Positions 43,269-54,642 are shown, numbered from the whole stretch's first letter. The stretch: 59,164 nucleotides of DNA, filler included, from 9 parts of 9 records of this genome joined end to end with filler, not necessarily neighbours in it, one strand, 5' to 3'. Numbers and translations: made by a program. Notes: generated from the sequence alone by a model not told the origin.

Positions 43269-43366
43269 TTTTAATCCTGTTCTGATCAAGTTTGATTCTC
43301 TTAGAATCGGTCATTAAGGATAAATGTTTAACATACCCTTCGGTATAGATTCAATGAATAGGGCCA

Positions 43367-44782
43367 TCAGCCTTGCTGCGGTTTTTCCGAATCCTTAAAC
43401 CAGTCATGTTTTCCGTAAAGTTCCCTGGCGCAATCGGGACAGAGGCTGTGACTGAACTGAGTCTCCGAGTGCCTCTCTATATAGGTTTCCACACTGTCCC
43501 AGTAACCCGAGTCGTCCCGGACCTTCTTGCAGCGGGAGCAAATGGGGATCAGGCCACTCAGAGTCTTAATCTCATTCAGCGCCGACTGAAGCTCGGAGAT
43601 AATCCTCTCTTTCTCCTCTTCGGCTTTCTTGCGGATGGTAATATCCATGGAATACAGGGCTATATGGGAGACCTCTCCATCGGGCCCCAGAATGGGATAG
43701 GCATTGTTATCGAGGATGATTCCCCCTCTCTCGTCCTCATACCGGACCGGCATTTTAGATTTCATGACTTTATCCAGAATGATCTTTCTTGACCGGGCCA
43801 GATCGGGGGGCATGATCTCAAAGCAGTTTTTCCCGATGAAATCCTCCTTCTTCCCGTTCAGCCGCTGCGCGGTCACATCGTTCATTGTTATATACGTCCC
43901 GTCCCGGTCGATCAGATAGGACGTTTCCATATTGGCGTCTATCAGGGCTCTTGCGGTTCTTTCACTCTCTTCCAGCCTCCGCTCCGCCCTGACTCTGTGG
44001 GAAATATCATGGATGACCGAGAGAAGAAGCGAACGCCCGTCCAGCTCAACAGGCCCGCTGTATACCTCGATATCCTTGATATCCCCGAATGCTCTCCTGT
44101 GCCTGAATATGTAGTGATCCCTCTCGCCGTGGAGAACCCTCTGCATCTCAATATGAAGTTCCTCACGGGTGAGGATATTAATATCGTGGATATTTTTCAT
44201 CCGGAATTCATCCTGGGTCCAACCGTAAAAGCGCTGGGCGCTGGGATTGGCATCGATGATGTCTCCGCTTTCCGGTTCGATAAGGAGCACGATTGATTTG
44301 TTCTCCCTGAAAAGCGCGCTATAGCGCTGTTCGCGCTCCATCAGGGCGCTCTCCGAGTTTTTCCGGCTGCTGATATCCTCCAGGGTCAGAACGGCCCGGT
44401 TCCCTTCAGGGCCGGCGAGAAAACCGGAAGACAGCCTCAGCCACAGCTGCTCGGTCTTTCCTTTCCTGTCGATCTCAAGCAGCGACTCCACGCCATGGAT
44501 ATCCTTGCGCAGTCTGAATGAGTCTTTGATGGTTTTTCTGACCAGGCAGCTGCCGCAATGACTGCCGAAGCCGCAGCCCTCGGGACGTTCCATGGAATTG
44601 ATACATCGGATCACTTCTCCAGGACCTCTTCCGAGTACTTCGGTTCTTTTCATACCCGACAGCGCGGAGGCCGCATCATTCTGAAACAGAATACGATAAT
44701 CCTCATCCAGGATAAACATCGCCACAGGAGCCTTGTTAAGAAGGAGTTCATACTCTTCGGGAGAGAGATCATTGCAGGCCAT
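43367..44782 (-). CDS. Triple-PAS signalling protein with C-terminal CxxC...CxxC domain
   Basis: Three PAS/PAC repeats, coiled coil, IPICSRCKKVRDDSGYW...SHSLCPDC. Confidence 0.85.
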   Translation of the reverse strand: MACNDLSPEEYELLLNKAPVAMFILDEDYRILFQNDAASALSGMKRTEVLGRGPGEVIRCINSMERPEGCGFGSHCGSCLVRKTIKDSFRLRKDIHGVESLLEIDRKGKTEQLWLRLSSGFLAGPEGNRAVLTLEDISSRKNSESALMEREQRYSALFRENKSIVLLIEPESGDIIDANPSAQRFYGWTQDEFRMKNIHDINILTREELHIEMQRVLHGERDHYIFRHRRAFGDIKDIEVYSGPVELDGRSLLLSVIHDISHRVRAERRLEESERTARALIDANMETSYLIDRDGTYITMNDVTAQRLNGKKEDFIGKNCFEIMPPDLARSRKIILDKVMKSKMPVRYEDERGGIILDNNAYPILGPDGEVSHIALYSMDITIRKKAEEEKERIISELQSALNEIKTLSGLIPICSRCKKVRDDSGYWDSVETYIERHSETQFSHSLCPDCARELYGKHDWFKDSEKPQQG

Positions 44783-44935
44783 AATACTATTTTACATGAT
44801 CCGCTCCGTATTTTCACATTGATGTTTTTTTCAATGGGAAGATTCATTCGCCTATTCGGAGCCAACACTTTCTGAAGGATAGGTTCAGCCGGAACGGATC
44901 TCTTCCGCCAACGGGATTCATGCTATAATAGTGGG

Positions 44936-45586
44936 ATGGAAAGGGATGTGATGATCCGCACCCAGATCGAATCCAGGGGCATCAGGGACCAGAGGATTCT
45001 GGAAGCCCTCTCCCGGGTTCCGAGACACCTTTTCGTCCCCCCCGATCTCAGGTCCCAGGCCTATGAGGACCATGCCGTTCCCATCGGCTTCGGACAGACC
45101 ATCTCACAGCCCTACATCGTCGCTCTTATGACCAGACTTCTGGATACCGCTGAAGGAGGGAAGGTCCTGGAAATCGGTACGGGCAGCGGGTACCAGGCCG
45201 CCGTTCTTGCCGAAATGGGCGTTCAGGTCTTTTCGATGGAAACGGTCGAGGAGCTATACAGTTCAGCCGATGCCAGGCTTAATGATCTGGGATATGAGGA
45301 TGTCCGTCTGAAGCGGGGAGACGGCTACTACGGCTGGGAGGAGGAGGCCCCTTTTGACGGTATTCTGGTGGCTGCGGCGGCGGAGCATATTCCCCCGCCC
45401 CTTGTAAAGCAGCTGAAGCCTGAAGGCGTCATGGTCATTCCCCTGGGCGGTCCCTGGGACATACAGCAGCTGGTTGTGATGCGCAAGGGGCCAGACGGTA
45501 CGCTCAGGGGCCGGGCCGAACTGCCCGTCCGTTTCGTCCCCTTTACAGGGGCGGCCCAGAAACAGGAGCCCTCGGACGGAGCCTAG
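44936..45586 (+). CDS. pcm: Protein-L-isoaspartate O-methyltransferase
   Basis: VPRHLFVP, AYED, GQTISQPYIVA, VLEIGTGSGYQAA, APFDGI, VRFVP. Confidence 0.96.
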   Translation: MERDVMIRTQIESRGIRDQRILEALSRVPRHLFVPPDLRSQAYEDHAVPIGFGQTISQPYIVALMTRLLDTAEGGKVLEIGTGSGYQAAVLAEMGVQVFSMETVEELYSSADARLNDLGYEDVRLKRGDGYYGWEEEAPFDGILVAAAAEHIPPPLVKQLKPEGVMVIPLGGPWDIQQLVVMRKGPDGTLRGRAELPVRFVPFTGAAQKQEPSDGA

Positions 45587-47001
45587 CCCCTGTTCCGATC
45601 CTTCCGGGCCTTGGCTTCACGATACAGATCGTCGAAGCAGTCGGGGCAGAGGCCGTGGGAAAACTCTGCGTCCGTATGCTCGGAGATGTAGTGCTCCACC
45701 TGGTTCCAGTAGCCCTTGTCGTTTCTCACCTTCTTGCACTTGCTGCAGATAGGGATAATTCCCTCCAGCGTGTTGATCTGTTCAAGAGCCGACTCCAGCT
45801 CCCTGTTCTTCTCTTCGATGACGCGGACCTTATCGCTCAGGTCGGCTGTTTTTAACCGAACCCTCTGCTCCAGTTCCTCGTTCATCAGGCGCAGTTGCTT
45901 TTCCCGCTGTTTCTGCTGAATCAGCATCGCTGCGGCAATGCAGAGGATGACTGTTATAAAAACCATAAGGGCCGCGGCATACTCCGAGGCTCTCTGGTAA
46001 AGGCTCTCCGGCCTGTTGATGATCATTGACCCCTCGGGCAGCCTGTCCGGATCGATACCGAATCTCTTCAATTCCCGATAGTCAAACATCATCTGGTTAG
46101 GCGACTCGGGAAGGACCTCCAGCTCGGCGGCAATCGCCCCGCCCAACAGCTTTAACGCCAACTCGGCGGCCGCCTTCCCCTGGGAGCGGCCTGTGGTCAG
46201 CATTCCGCCCACGATGCCGTTGCCGAAGTAGAAGTCCCAGGCCCCGTATATCGGAACCTCCGCAGAGCCGTGGATCATCTTTATGCCGTCATAGTAGGAG
46301 ATGAAGCGTCCGTTGGTATCGCGGTTGAAGGTCAGCAGAAGAATGACGTCGTTCTCTCCCAGAGAAGAAATTTTACGGGGCACATCGTCCAGGACGAAGT
46401 CCTGATAAAACTCGAAGCTGTACTCCTCCGGATAGCCGTCGATTACTCCTTCCAGCTCCCTCTTGATCTGTATGCCCGTGGTGGTCCTGTCGAGTATAAG
46501 AACGATGTTCTTTCTTTCGGGGTGAAGCCTGCGGATAAGCTCCAGATTCTTCCTGTAATCGATGGTCTCCACGACCCCGGTGATATCGGTCCGTCCCGCT
46601 ATCATTTCGGGACTGAAGTTGTTCACGCCGCAGAAGACGACGGGGGCCCCCGGATAGAGCGCGCTCCCGTGCTCCATAACAAAGCGCAGTGCGTTATTGT
46701 CGGAGCAGATGAGCAGATCGAAATCTATATCGCTCAGGCTCTTCTTCCGTTTCTCAAACTCCACCAGCTGCTGATAGTACTCCTCTCCCGCATTCCTTTT
46801 GGTGTCCAGATACTCATAGTGAAGCTCCACATTCTCATTACGGAAAACCGAGTTGATCCCCGCGGATATGTCATCGGTCCATTGGAGGCCCTGATGGTAT
46901 GAATGGATCACGAGGATACGATCCATCTTGATATGGGATGTCCCGTTTGCGGATAAGGGAACAATGCAAAGGATCACAAAGGAGAAGAGATTTTTTTTCA
47001 T
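45583..47001 (-). CDS. Membrane sensor: periplasmic substrate-binding-like domain, TM, coiled coil, CxxC...CxxC domain
   Basis: Start MKKNLFSF at 47001; ILVIHSYHQGLQWTD, PVVFCGVN, GIVGG; IPICSKCKKVRNDKGYW...SHGLCPDC. Confidence 0.85.
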   Translation of the reverse strand: MKKNLFSFVILCIVPLSANGTSHIKMDRILVIHSYHQGLQWTDDISAGINSVFRNENVELHYEYLDTKRNAGEEYYQQLVEFEKRKKSLSDIDFDLLICSDNNALRFVMEHGSALYPGAPVVFCGVNNFSPEMIAGRTDITGVVETIDYRKNLELIRRLHPERKNIVLILDRTTTGIQIKRELEGVIDGYPEEYSFEFYQDFVLDDVPRKISSLGENDVILLLTFNRDTNGRFISYYDGIKMIHGSAEVPIYGAWDFYFGNGIVGGMLTTGRSQGKAAAELALKLLGGAIAAELEVLPESPNQMMFDYRELKRFGIDPDRLPEGSMIINRPESLYQRASEYAAALMVFITVILCIAAAMLIQQKQREKQLRLMNEELEQRVRLKTADLSDKVRVIEEKNRELESALEQINTLEGIIPICSKCKKVRNDKGYWNQVEHYISEHTDAEFSHGLCPDCFDDLYREAKARKDRNRG

Positions 47002-47182
47002 ATCTCTAAATAGTAACGTAAGATAACTGTCTGTCAACGGATTTCGCACTTCCCTTCCATTGCCCCGTCCTATGGAAAGACAAGGCCCAAATCCAATCCT
47101 GTTCCAGGGTATACGGGAGAACCAGAAGGAGAACCCGGAATTATCAGACCTCACCGATTATAAGAAGCCCTGATGTCATGAT

Positions 47183-48109
47183 ATGATCATCGGAATGGAA
47201 GAGAAAAACACATCCGGTTATGCCTATGCCCTGGGGGCCACCGCTCTCTGGTCGTTCAACTTTATCGTCGCCAGAGGGCTCAGCGATCAGATAGATCCCA
47301 TATCCCTTGCCTTCTACCGCTGGCTGACGGCCGCGATAGCCATGACCCCCCTTGCGATAAGGGCGCTGATCCGGGAGTTCGGGGTGATCAGAAAGAGCCT
47401 TCCCTATCTCTGCGTCGTCTCCTTTGCAGGCGTGACCGTTTTCAACACCCTGATCTACTTCGCAGGTCGCAGCACCACAGCCGTCAACATGTCCATGATC
47501 GTCATCACCACACCTGTTTACATCGCCGTTTTCTCCTCTCTCTTCCTGAAAGAGAGGCTGGGCCTTGTCAAAATAACGGGGATGGCCGTCGTCATCCTGG
47601 GAGCCCTGACACTGGTCAGCGCCGGACGGCCCGGACGGATATTCTCTATGGATCCGGCCTTCGGAGACCTCCTTATGCTTCTGGCGGCCATGGTTTTTTC
47701 GGCCTACAGCTTACTGCTGAGATTCAAGCCGAAGGAGCTGAACCTTATTCCGTTTCAGTACGCGACCTTTCTCCTGGGGCTCCTGTTCCTCCTCCCCTTC
47801 TTTATCGTTGTACAAGTAGACGACCCTTCTCCCCTTCCCCGGGGGGATGTCCTTCTGTCCATACTCTATGTCGGGGTATTCGCGTCCCTGATATCCTTCA
47901 TCCTGTGGAATAGGGCCATCTCCCAGATCGGAGCCGTCAAAGCCGGGATAGCCTATGATTCCATGCCCCTTTTCAGCGCGATCCTGGCCGGGCTGTTCCT
48001 GGGGGAGGAGTTCAGACGCTATCATTGGATCAGCTTCGTCCTGATTATCCTCGGGATAGTCATCGCCAACGGCATGATCAGCCTGAGATCCGATTCATCA
48101 GATTCCTGA
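47183..48109 (+). CDS. DMT/EamA family transporter
   Basis: LWSFNFIVAR, SLAFYRW, GDLLML, LWNRAI..IGA..AG; about 10 TM. Confidence 0.92.
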   Translation: MIIGMEEKNTSGYAYALGATALWSFNFIVARGLSDQIDPISLAFYRWLTAAIAMTPLAIRALIREFGVIRKSLPYLCVVSFAGVTVFNTLIYFAGRSTTAVNMSMIVITTPVYIAVFSSLFLKERLGLVKITGMAVVILGALTLVSAGRPGRIFSMDPAFGDLLMLLAAMVFSAYSLLLRFKPKELNLIPFQYATFLLGLLFLLPFFIVVQVDDPSPLPRGDVLLSILYVGVFASLISFILWNRAISQIGAVKAGIAYDSMPLFSAILAGLFLGEEFRRYHWISFVLIILGIVIANGMISLRSDSSDS

Positions 48110-48291
48110 CGGGGAGCACCTTCCCTGAGCCTGCTTCTGATCCGGCTCAGGGAGACGGGCGTGATGCCTATATTGGAAGGCGATGTCGTGCTGGGAAACA
48201 AACTTCACCGAGCTGAAATTGATCCAGCGTCTCTTCCTGATCCCGACCTTGAAGAAGGCGCCCAAAAGCGGGACAGGGGCGAAAGGCGTCC

Positions 48292-49173
48292 CTACTCCCG
48301 CAAAAGACAGGATCGCGCCTCCATTCTGATTCTGTCTGTGATAAAGGAGAGTACCTCCGATTCTATTCCCCAGCGATGCCAGTACTGGGGGATGATGATG
48401 GGAGCCAGGGGAGAGAGGTCGATCAGTTTCCGGTCGGCATGGATGCTGAGAAAGAGGGGTTCGGGTATAAAGCCGTAGCATACGCCGGAGCTGATCATCT
48501 CCAGATATTCATGCTGGGCCGGAATGATATGGGTGGGAACGTCGAAGGGCGCCACCCCCAGAACCTTCTTCTGAAACAGACGCATCATCTGGCTCTCGGG
48601 ATGGAAGAGGAGGGCCGGAGCCTCCAGCATCTCATCCGTCCCTATCCCCCTGGGAAAGTAGCGCTTCCTGAACTCACTGGTGGCGACGATCCGCAGAACA
48701 AGATCACCCAGATACTCCACGTAACAGCCCCGGGACGCCTTGGCCCTGATACTGATGCACCCGGCCAGATTCCCCTGCTGAAGCAGATGGTGAACCACCT
48801 GGGCTTCTCCCACATGGAGATCCACGAGGGTGGACTTCATTACATGCCGCAACACCGGGAGAAACCAGCTGCCCAGGGTCGATGCGTTTACTCCCAGCGA
48901 TACGGGCCGCCCGGACTCGCCCGCCTCCGGCTCCAGGTTCAGATCCTTCTCCAGCAGCCTCATCTTCTTGAAATGGCTGTACAGAGGGATCCCCGCATCC
49001 GTTGGCACGGGAGGATTGGAGCGGACCAGCAGAGGCTTGCCCACATAGCGTTCCAGATGCTTGACCCGATGGGTCACGGCCGACTGGGTAAGCCCCAGCG
49101 CGTCGGCGGCCCTGTCGAATCCTCCGTACTCGATAACGGCCCCCAGGGCCTCCAGTTGTCTGTATTCCAGCAT
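48292..49173 (-). CDS. argP: LysR family regulator, ArgP/LysG-like
   Basis: LEYRQLEAL.AVIE.GGFDRAA..L.LTQSAVTHRVK.LE, LLVRSNP..PT.AG, LGVNA..L.SWF, YWHRW. Confidence 0.8.
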   Translation of the reverse strand: MLEYRQLEALGAVIEYGGFDRAADALGLTQSAVTHRVKHLERYVGKPLLVRSNPPVPTDAGIPLYSHFKKMRLLEKDLNLEPEAGESGRPVSLGVNASTLGSWFLPVLRHVMKSTLVDLHVGEAQVVHHLLQQGNLAGCISIRAKASRGCYVEYLGDLVLRIVATSEFRKRYFPRGIGTDEMLEAPALLFHPESQMMRLFQKKVLGVAPFDVPTHIIPAQHEYLEMISSGVCYGFIPEPLFLSIHADRKLIDLSPLAPIIIPQYWHRWGIESEVLSFITDRIRMEARSCLLRE

Positions 49174-49280
49174 AAGCAAGTATTAACATAATTCATAATA
49201 TATTGAAATATTTAATTTTACTAATTATCTCTGTTTCACTATGATATGGGCGTAATTCAGATTACGGAGGTAAGAAGATA

Positions 49281-51506
49281 ATGGAACAGTGGAAAGGATT
49301 TAACATCGGAAACTGGAACAATAAGGTGGATGTCAGAGATTTCATTCAGCAGAATATAACATCCTACGAGGGAGACGAGGAGTTTCTGGCACCGGCCACC
49401 GAAAGAACCCTGGCCCTCTGGGACAAGGTAGCCGCCCTGATGAAGGAAGAGGTGAAGAAGGGGATCCTCGATGCGGAAACCGCCGTCCCCTCCTCCGTAA
49501 CCTCCCACGGGCCCGGATACATCGACAGGGAGAACGAGCTGATCGTCGGCTTTCAGACCGATAAGCCCCTTAAGCGGGGGATCATGCCCCGGGGAGGCCT
49601 GCGGGTAGTCAAGAACGCCCTGGCGGCCCACGGCTTTGATCTGGATCCGGCGGTAGAGGAGACCTTCGGCAAGCACAGAAAGACCCATAACGACGGAGTC
49701 TTCAGCGCCTACTCGGAAGAGATCCGGGGAGCCCGGCGCTCTGGGATCCTCACCGGCCTGCCCGATGCCTACGGCCGGGGACGGATCATAGGCGATTACC
49801 GCAGGGTCGCCCTCTATGGAACGGACTTTCTCATATCCGAAAAGACCCGTTCCCTCACGGCCCTGAAGGTTCCCGTGTACGATGAGGAGGCCATCCGCTC
49901 GAGAGAGGAGATATCCGAACAGATCAAAAGCCTGAACGACCTGGCCGAGCTCGGAAGGATCTACGGCTTTGATATATCCCGTCCCGCTGAAAACGCGAAG
50001 GAGGCGATTCAGTGGACCTACCTGGGCTACCTGGCCGCCGTGAAGGATCAGGACGGCGCCGCCATGTCCCTGGGCCGCGTATCCTCTTTCTTCGACATCT
50101 ATATCGAAAGGGATATGGAACGGGGGGTCCTCAGGGAGGCTGAGGCTCAGGAGCTGATGGACCAGTTCGTTATCAAGCTGCGGATGGTCCGCTTCCTGAG
50201 AACCCCCGAATACGACGCCCTCTTCTCCGGCGATCCCACCTGGGTTACAGAGGTCATCGGTGGTATGGGCGTGGACGGCCGCACCCTGGTAACCAAGAAC
50301 AGCTTCCGCATGCTCCATACCCTGGAAAATCTCGGTCCCGCTCCCGAGCCCAATATGACCGTGCTCTGGACTCCCCGCCTGCCCCTGGGATTCAGGAACT
50401 ACTGCTCCAAAGTATCGGTCAGCACATCGGCGGTACAGTACGAAAACGACTGCCTGATGAGAACACACTTCGGCGATGACTACGGCATAGCCTGCTGTGT
50501 TTCGGCCATGAGGGTGGGAAAGCAGATGCAGTTTTTCGGCGCCCGGGCCAACCTGGCCAAGGCTCTGCTCTACGCCGTCAACGGGGGGCGAGACGAAAAA
50601 TCGGGCGAACAGATCGGTCCCGAGTACGCGCCCATTACCTCCGAGTACCTGGACTATGACGAGGTCGTGAAGAAGTTCGACGTCATGATGGAGTGGCTGG
50701 CCAACCTCTATATCAAGACCCTGAACGTCATCCACTTCATGCACGACAAGTATAACTACGAATCCCTGCAGATGGCCCTGCATGACGACAATATTGTCAG
50801 AACCATGGCATGCGGCATCGCCGGACTCTCGGTTGTGGCCGACTCTCTCTCCGCTATCAAGCACGCAAAGGTCAAGGTCATCCGCGATGAGACCGGTCTG
50901 GCGGTGGATTACAAGGTTGAGGGAGCGTATCCCGCCTACGGCAATAACGACGACAGGGTCGATCAGATAGCCGTCGACCTGGTAGAGCAGTTCATGGACA
51001 AGCTGAGACACCAGAAGACCTACAGGAACGCCCGGCCCACACAGTCCATCCTGACCATCACCAGCAACGTGGTCTACGGAAAAAAGACAGGGCCCACCCC
51101 CGACGGACGGGAGGCGGGAGCCCCATTCGGCCCCGGCGCCAACCCCATCCACGGAAGGGATAGGAACGGGGCTCTGGCCTGTTTCGCCTCCATAGCGAAG
51201 CTTCCCTACGAGCATGCGGAGGACGGAATATCCTACACCTTTTCCATCGTTCCCCAGGCCCTGGGCAAGGATGAGAAGACGCGGATCAGGAACCTGACCA
51301 GCATGATGGACGGCTACTTCCTGGACGGAGGCCATCATGTGAACATCAACGTATTGGACAGGGACACCCTGATGGACGCCATGGATCACCCCGAAAAGTA
51401 TCCACAGCTCACCATTCGGGTCTCGGGCTATGCGGTAAACTTTGTCAAACTGACAAAAGAACAGCAGCAGGACGTCATCAACAGAACCTTTCACCAGGCC
51501 ATCTAG
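49281..51506 (+). CDS. pflB: Pyruvate formate-lyase (formate C-acetyltransferase)
   Basis: YGIACCVS catalytic Cys pair, [10 protein letters not shown] glycyl-radical loop, [17 protein letters not shown]. Confidence 0.98.
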   Translation: MEQWKGFNIGNWNNKVDVRDFIQQNITSYEGDEEFLAPATERTLALWDKVAALMKEEVKKGILDAETAVPSSVTSHGPGYIDRENELIVGFQTDKPLKRGIMPRGGLRVVKNALAAHGFDLDPAVEETFGKHRKTHNDGVFSAYSEEIRGARRSGILTGLPDAYGRGRIIGDYRRVALYGTDFLISEKTRSLTALKVPVYDEEAIRSREEISEQIKSLNDLAELGRIYGFDISRPAENAKEAIQWTYLGYLAAVKDQDGAAMSLGRVSSFFDIYIERDMERGVLREAEAQELMDQFVIKLRMVRFLRTPEYDALFSGDPTWVTEVIGGMGVDGRTLVTKNSFRMLHTLENLGPAPEPNMTVLWTPRLPLGFRNYCSKVSVSTSAVQYENDCLMRTHFGDDYGIACCVSAMRVGKQMQFFGARANLAKALLYAVNGGRDEKSGEQIGPEYAPITSEYLDYDEVVKKFDVMMEWLANLYIKTLNVIHFMHDKYNYESLQMALHDDNIVRTMACGIAGLSVVADSLSAIKHAKVKVIRDETGLAVDYKVEGAYPAYGNNDDRVDQIAVDLVEQFMDKLRHQKTYRNARPTQSILTITSNVVYGKKTGPTPDGREAGAPFGPGANPIHGRDRNGALACFASIAKLPYEHAEDGISYTFSIVPQALGKDEKTRIRNLTSMMDGYFLDGGHHVNINVLDRDTLMDAMDHPEKYPQLTIRVSGYAVNFVKLTKEQQQDVINRTFHQAI

Positions 51507-51531
51507 CCCCGGCAGGAAGCGAGGAGGAACG

Positions 51532-51645
51532 ATGAAACCCCTAACTGGTCGAATTCACTTACTGGAAAGCTGTGGAATGGTTGATGGTCCGGGGCTTCGT
51601 TTCGTCGCCTTCCTTCAGGGCTGTCCCCTGCGCTGCCTCTACTGT
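51532..51645 (+). CDS. pflA: PFL-activating enzyme, N-terminal fragment
   Basis: Manual translation [38 protein letters not shown] (radical SAM CxxxCxxC). Confidence 0.93.
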
Positions 51646-51745
51646 NNNNNNNNNNNNNNNNNNNNNNNNNNNNNNNNNNNNNNNNNNNNTTAATTAATTA
51701 ANNNNNNNNNNNNNNNNNNNNNNNNNNNNNNNNNNNNNNNNNNNN

Positions 51746-53014
51746 GTGCAGACCATCGTCGTAGGAAACCTCCAGGACGTAGCCGAGCGATTTACCCTGA
51801 CGGTCGGTGCTCAGAGCGGGCCAGAACCGGCGGTGGCGACGAAGGTGATCGGCGCCCTCAAAGATCTTGGAGAAATCAGATGGGCCGCCCTGATTGTATG
51901 GCGCGGCCGTGTAGTCACCCGCTTCGTTCAGACACCACCGACGATACACATCCTTGAGTTCGTAAAACTCGGGGTTCGTCGAAGGGCAGAACCGAGCGTA
52001 ATTGGTGTCTTCGAGGGCCGGGTCCCAGGCCTTGACCAACTCGAACGTTGCTTCATACGTCTTGAAATCCCCTTGGCCGATGTGTCGATGCGTGACAGGA
52101 TAGAAGGCCCGGTCGCTGCGCAGGGTGGCGATATTAGTCCGTGACAACGCCAGCGCCTGGCCCGTGTGCTGGCAGTTCAACTCCACGGCCCGGCCTCCCC
52201 CGTTGCGATAGAACACGATCGCCTGGCTCGGACCCGTCTCGACCAGGCTTGGCACGAAGTGAAACTGAAGGCCTGCGTTCTCGCAGCAGCGCTGCAAAGC
52301 CTCCAGCAAACTGAGACCCGTGACATCGAGATCGCGTATGGGCCGCTGTTCTGTGAGCGCGCGGAGTTGGTCGAGATCGGGCCAGTGCAACGCGCCGCGC
52401 GGAACGTGGGCACCGAGCAGATAGCTGATTGCCTCGGCGCAACCCCAAGGTGTCACCTGTGCCGCGCCGACACTGAAAATCGGATAGCTCGTAGGAGCGC
52501 TGCTGCTCGGGTCGAAAGCTGCGTTGGCTTGTCCGGCGGGATTGAAGGTCGTGTCGAGCCCACTGAAGAACATGGTCGAGCCATCGTCTTGAAGGATGTG
52601 CCGGCCGTAGACCGTGACGCGAGCGAGAGCCGCGCTGTAGTCCTTGACAAAGATTTCAACCGTCTCGTGCCGTCCATCAATTACGGTCTGGATGCCCTCG
52701 ATCTGACCGATGAAGATCGGCAAGCCTGCCGTTGCAGTCTCAGGTGGAATCGGATTATGAAGCTGGCGCAGGCAGACCGTCTGTCCCATGGCGAAGTGGT
52801 CCTCAATTCGCTCGACAGCGATCTGTTCGGGGTCGGCCTGTGCAGCGGGGTTGTATACCAGCTTGGCCCAGCCGAATTCTGGCCAACTGCTGCGTACGAC
52901 CGCCCTCGGCTCAAGGTGTTCGCCCAAGACGCCGTCCACGAAGACCATTGTGGTCGAGGCCGGTACCGCCAGCCGTTCGTATGCAGGTGTGAAGAAGTCG
53001 ATTGCGTTTGTCAT
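51746..53014 (-). CDS. Phage-like baseplate hub / late control D-like protein (3' truncated)
   Basis: Start MTNAIDF at 53014 (TGATG overlap); IFIGQIE, LDVTGLSLLEALQRCCE.AGL.F pattern reminiscent of hub proteins. Confidence 0.5.
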
Positions 53015-54642
53015 CAGAGTATTGCCTCCGCTGCAAGCACTGTGGCGCTTTCGGAATAGTGGCTCTGGATCGGACAACTTGCGAGCGACAAAGACCTATG
53101 CTCGATCTGATCTTTCCGCTCGGCCACGACGACAAACCGATGTGATCCATCGGATAGTGCCTTCGTCTGGCAGCGATAGAACTTGCGTCCTTCATACGCC
53201 ACCGTGGCCATCGGACTCTCCCAATCTAACTGTCCAGTGCCGTTGTCAGTGTAGATGCGGAAGACTTCGGGCTCGGCTTGTTGGTCCAGAGGACAGTAGG
53301 ACCAGATTAACCTGATCTTCTGACCAGCTACAGGTTCGAGCTTCAGGCCAAGAATTCCATTCGGCACTGGTTCCGCAAGACGCCCATCAGTGTCCAGCCG
53401 CATCACTACGGCCGCGGCGGTTGTGTGCTCGCTCCGGCCGCAAATGTTGAACCGCCTGACCGCATAGCAATAACTTGCATTGGGCTCATGCGCGAGATAG
53501 ACGGGCAGAACAGTCTTCTGGACATCGTGATTTGTCACGCAGAGGATATTGTCGAAATCCACCTGTGTGATTGAGGGTCCTCGGTAGACAGCCGAGCATC
53601 CGGCTTCACGCGTCCAGAACCAGCCGCCAGCAAGGACCGTGCTCAGCTTGAATGCTCGTGCCGTCGCTCCATAGAAGAGCGCGTCGCCCAGCCAGTCCAT
53701 CTCGTTGGGCAGGAGTATTTCGGGTGTCGACGGCGTGACGGTCAATGCGGCCGACGAGGATGACATGGCACATAGCGTTGCCGCGAGCGTCACGGTCCCG
53801 GTCTCACTGAGCGATGCAACGAGGCTAGCCTGGGCGACACACACCCCTAAGAGGGCTCTGCTCCGTCGCAGAGTGGCCATTGCAGATCCGGCGCTATCGA
53901 TGGAACCGGAGATGCACCGCGTTGCCCGGGCGGTGGCCGACAATTGTGCGGCGGCGCCAGTCGAGCCCACCAGATCGTGCGTAGCACCGCCGGCAATCGT
54001 CACCGGAGGCCAGACGCTCGCTTCTCGGAACAGGGTCAGCGGTTGCAGGCAAAGGCGTTGTATTTCGCCGTCTGACAGAACGCGGTTGTAGGCAAGAAAC
54101 TGATAGATGGTGCATGAGCCGCCGATTCTCAGTGTGCTTGTTGCACTGTTGGTCTTGGGCAGAGTGGCCATCGCGGCACTGCCGACCTGAACGCCGTCGA
54201 CATAGGCGCGCATCTGCGAGCCATTCCACAAACAGACTAGCATCCCGGGGTCGGCGACCTCGCTGAGCAGAAAATTGCTCATCGTTTGCCCAGTGCCGTT
54301 GTGGTAATTCTTGAAGTAGGTGCTGGTGCTGTAGCGCTGCCAGGAGAGCGTGCTGTCACCTATGGAGATGATCGACTCCCAGGTGCCGAGCGTGATGCCG
54401 TCATGCCAGAGACAGAACGTATAGCCTGAGCCAAGGCCGTTGTACCAGGGCTCGTGACCGGCCGTGATGTCTGTTGCCAGTCCCCCAGCAGCCGGAGTCC
54501 CTACAAGCAGGCCGTGGCGCCGCAGATTGCGCGAGACGCCGCCGGGCTCATTCAGAGCGGTCGCACAGACGAGGCCCTGCATGAGCGGATCGGTCCGATT
54601 CAATAGCGTGATGGGCTTGGGCTTGTTCAATAGGCGCGTCAT
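53014..54642 (-). CDS. Mosaic structural protein: LamG-like N-terminus, Ala/Ser/Thr-rich linker, FN3-like C-terminus
   Basis: RAYVDGVQV...YNRVLSDGEIQRL; YCYAVRRFN; IRLIWSY. Confidence 0.6.
   Translation of the reverse strand: MTRLLNKPKPITLLNRTDPLMQGLVCATALNEPGGVSRNLRRHGLLVGTPAAGGLATDITAGHEPWYNGLGSGYTFCLWHDGITLGTWESIISIGDSTLSWQRYSTSTYFKNYHNGTGQTMSNFLLSEVADPGMLVCLWNGSQMRAYVDGVQVGSAAMATLPKTNSATSTLRIGGSCTIYQFLAYNRVLSDGEIQRLCLQPLTLFREASVWPPVTIAGGATHDLVGSTGAAAQLSATARATRCISGSIDSAGSAMATLRRSRALLGVCVAQASLVASLSETGTVTLAATLCAMSSSSAALTVTPSTPEILLPNEMDWLGDALFYGATARAFKLSTVLAGGWFWTREAGCSAVYRGPSITQVDFDNILCVTNHDVQKTVLPVYLAHEPNASYCYAVRRFNICGRSEHTTAAAVVMRLDTDGRLAEPVPNGILGLKLEPVAGQKIRLIWSYCPLDQQAEPEVFRIYTDNGTGQLDWESPMATVAYEGRKFYRCQTKALSDGSHRFVVVAERKDQIEHRSLSLASCPIQSHYSESATVLAAEAIL

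Noticed and set aside
49257-51494. 745-aa antisense ORF over pflB
   Set aside because: Shadow ORF caused by GC3-biased codon usage; no recognisable motifs.
5976-51745. Eight regularly recurring N-TTAATTAATTAA-N blocks
   Set aside because: Artificial contig linkers, not a biological repeat or CRISPR. Gene adjacency across them is meaningless.
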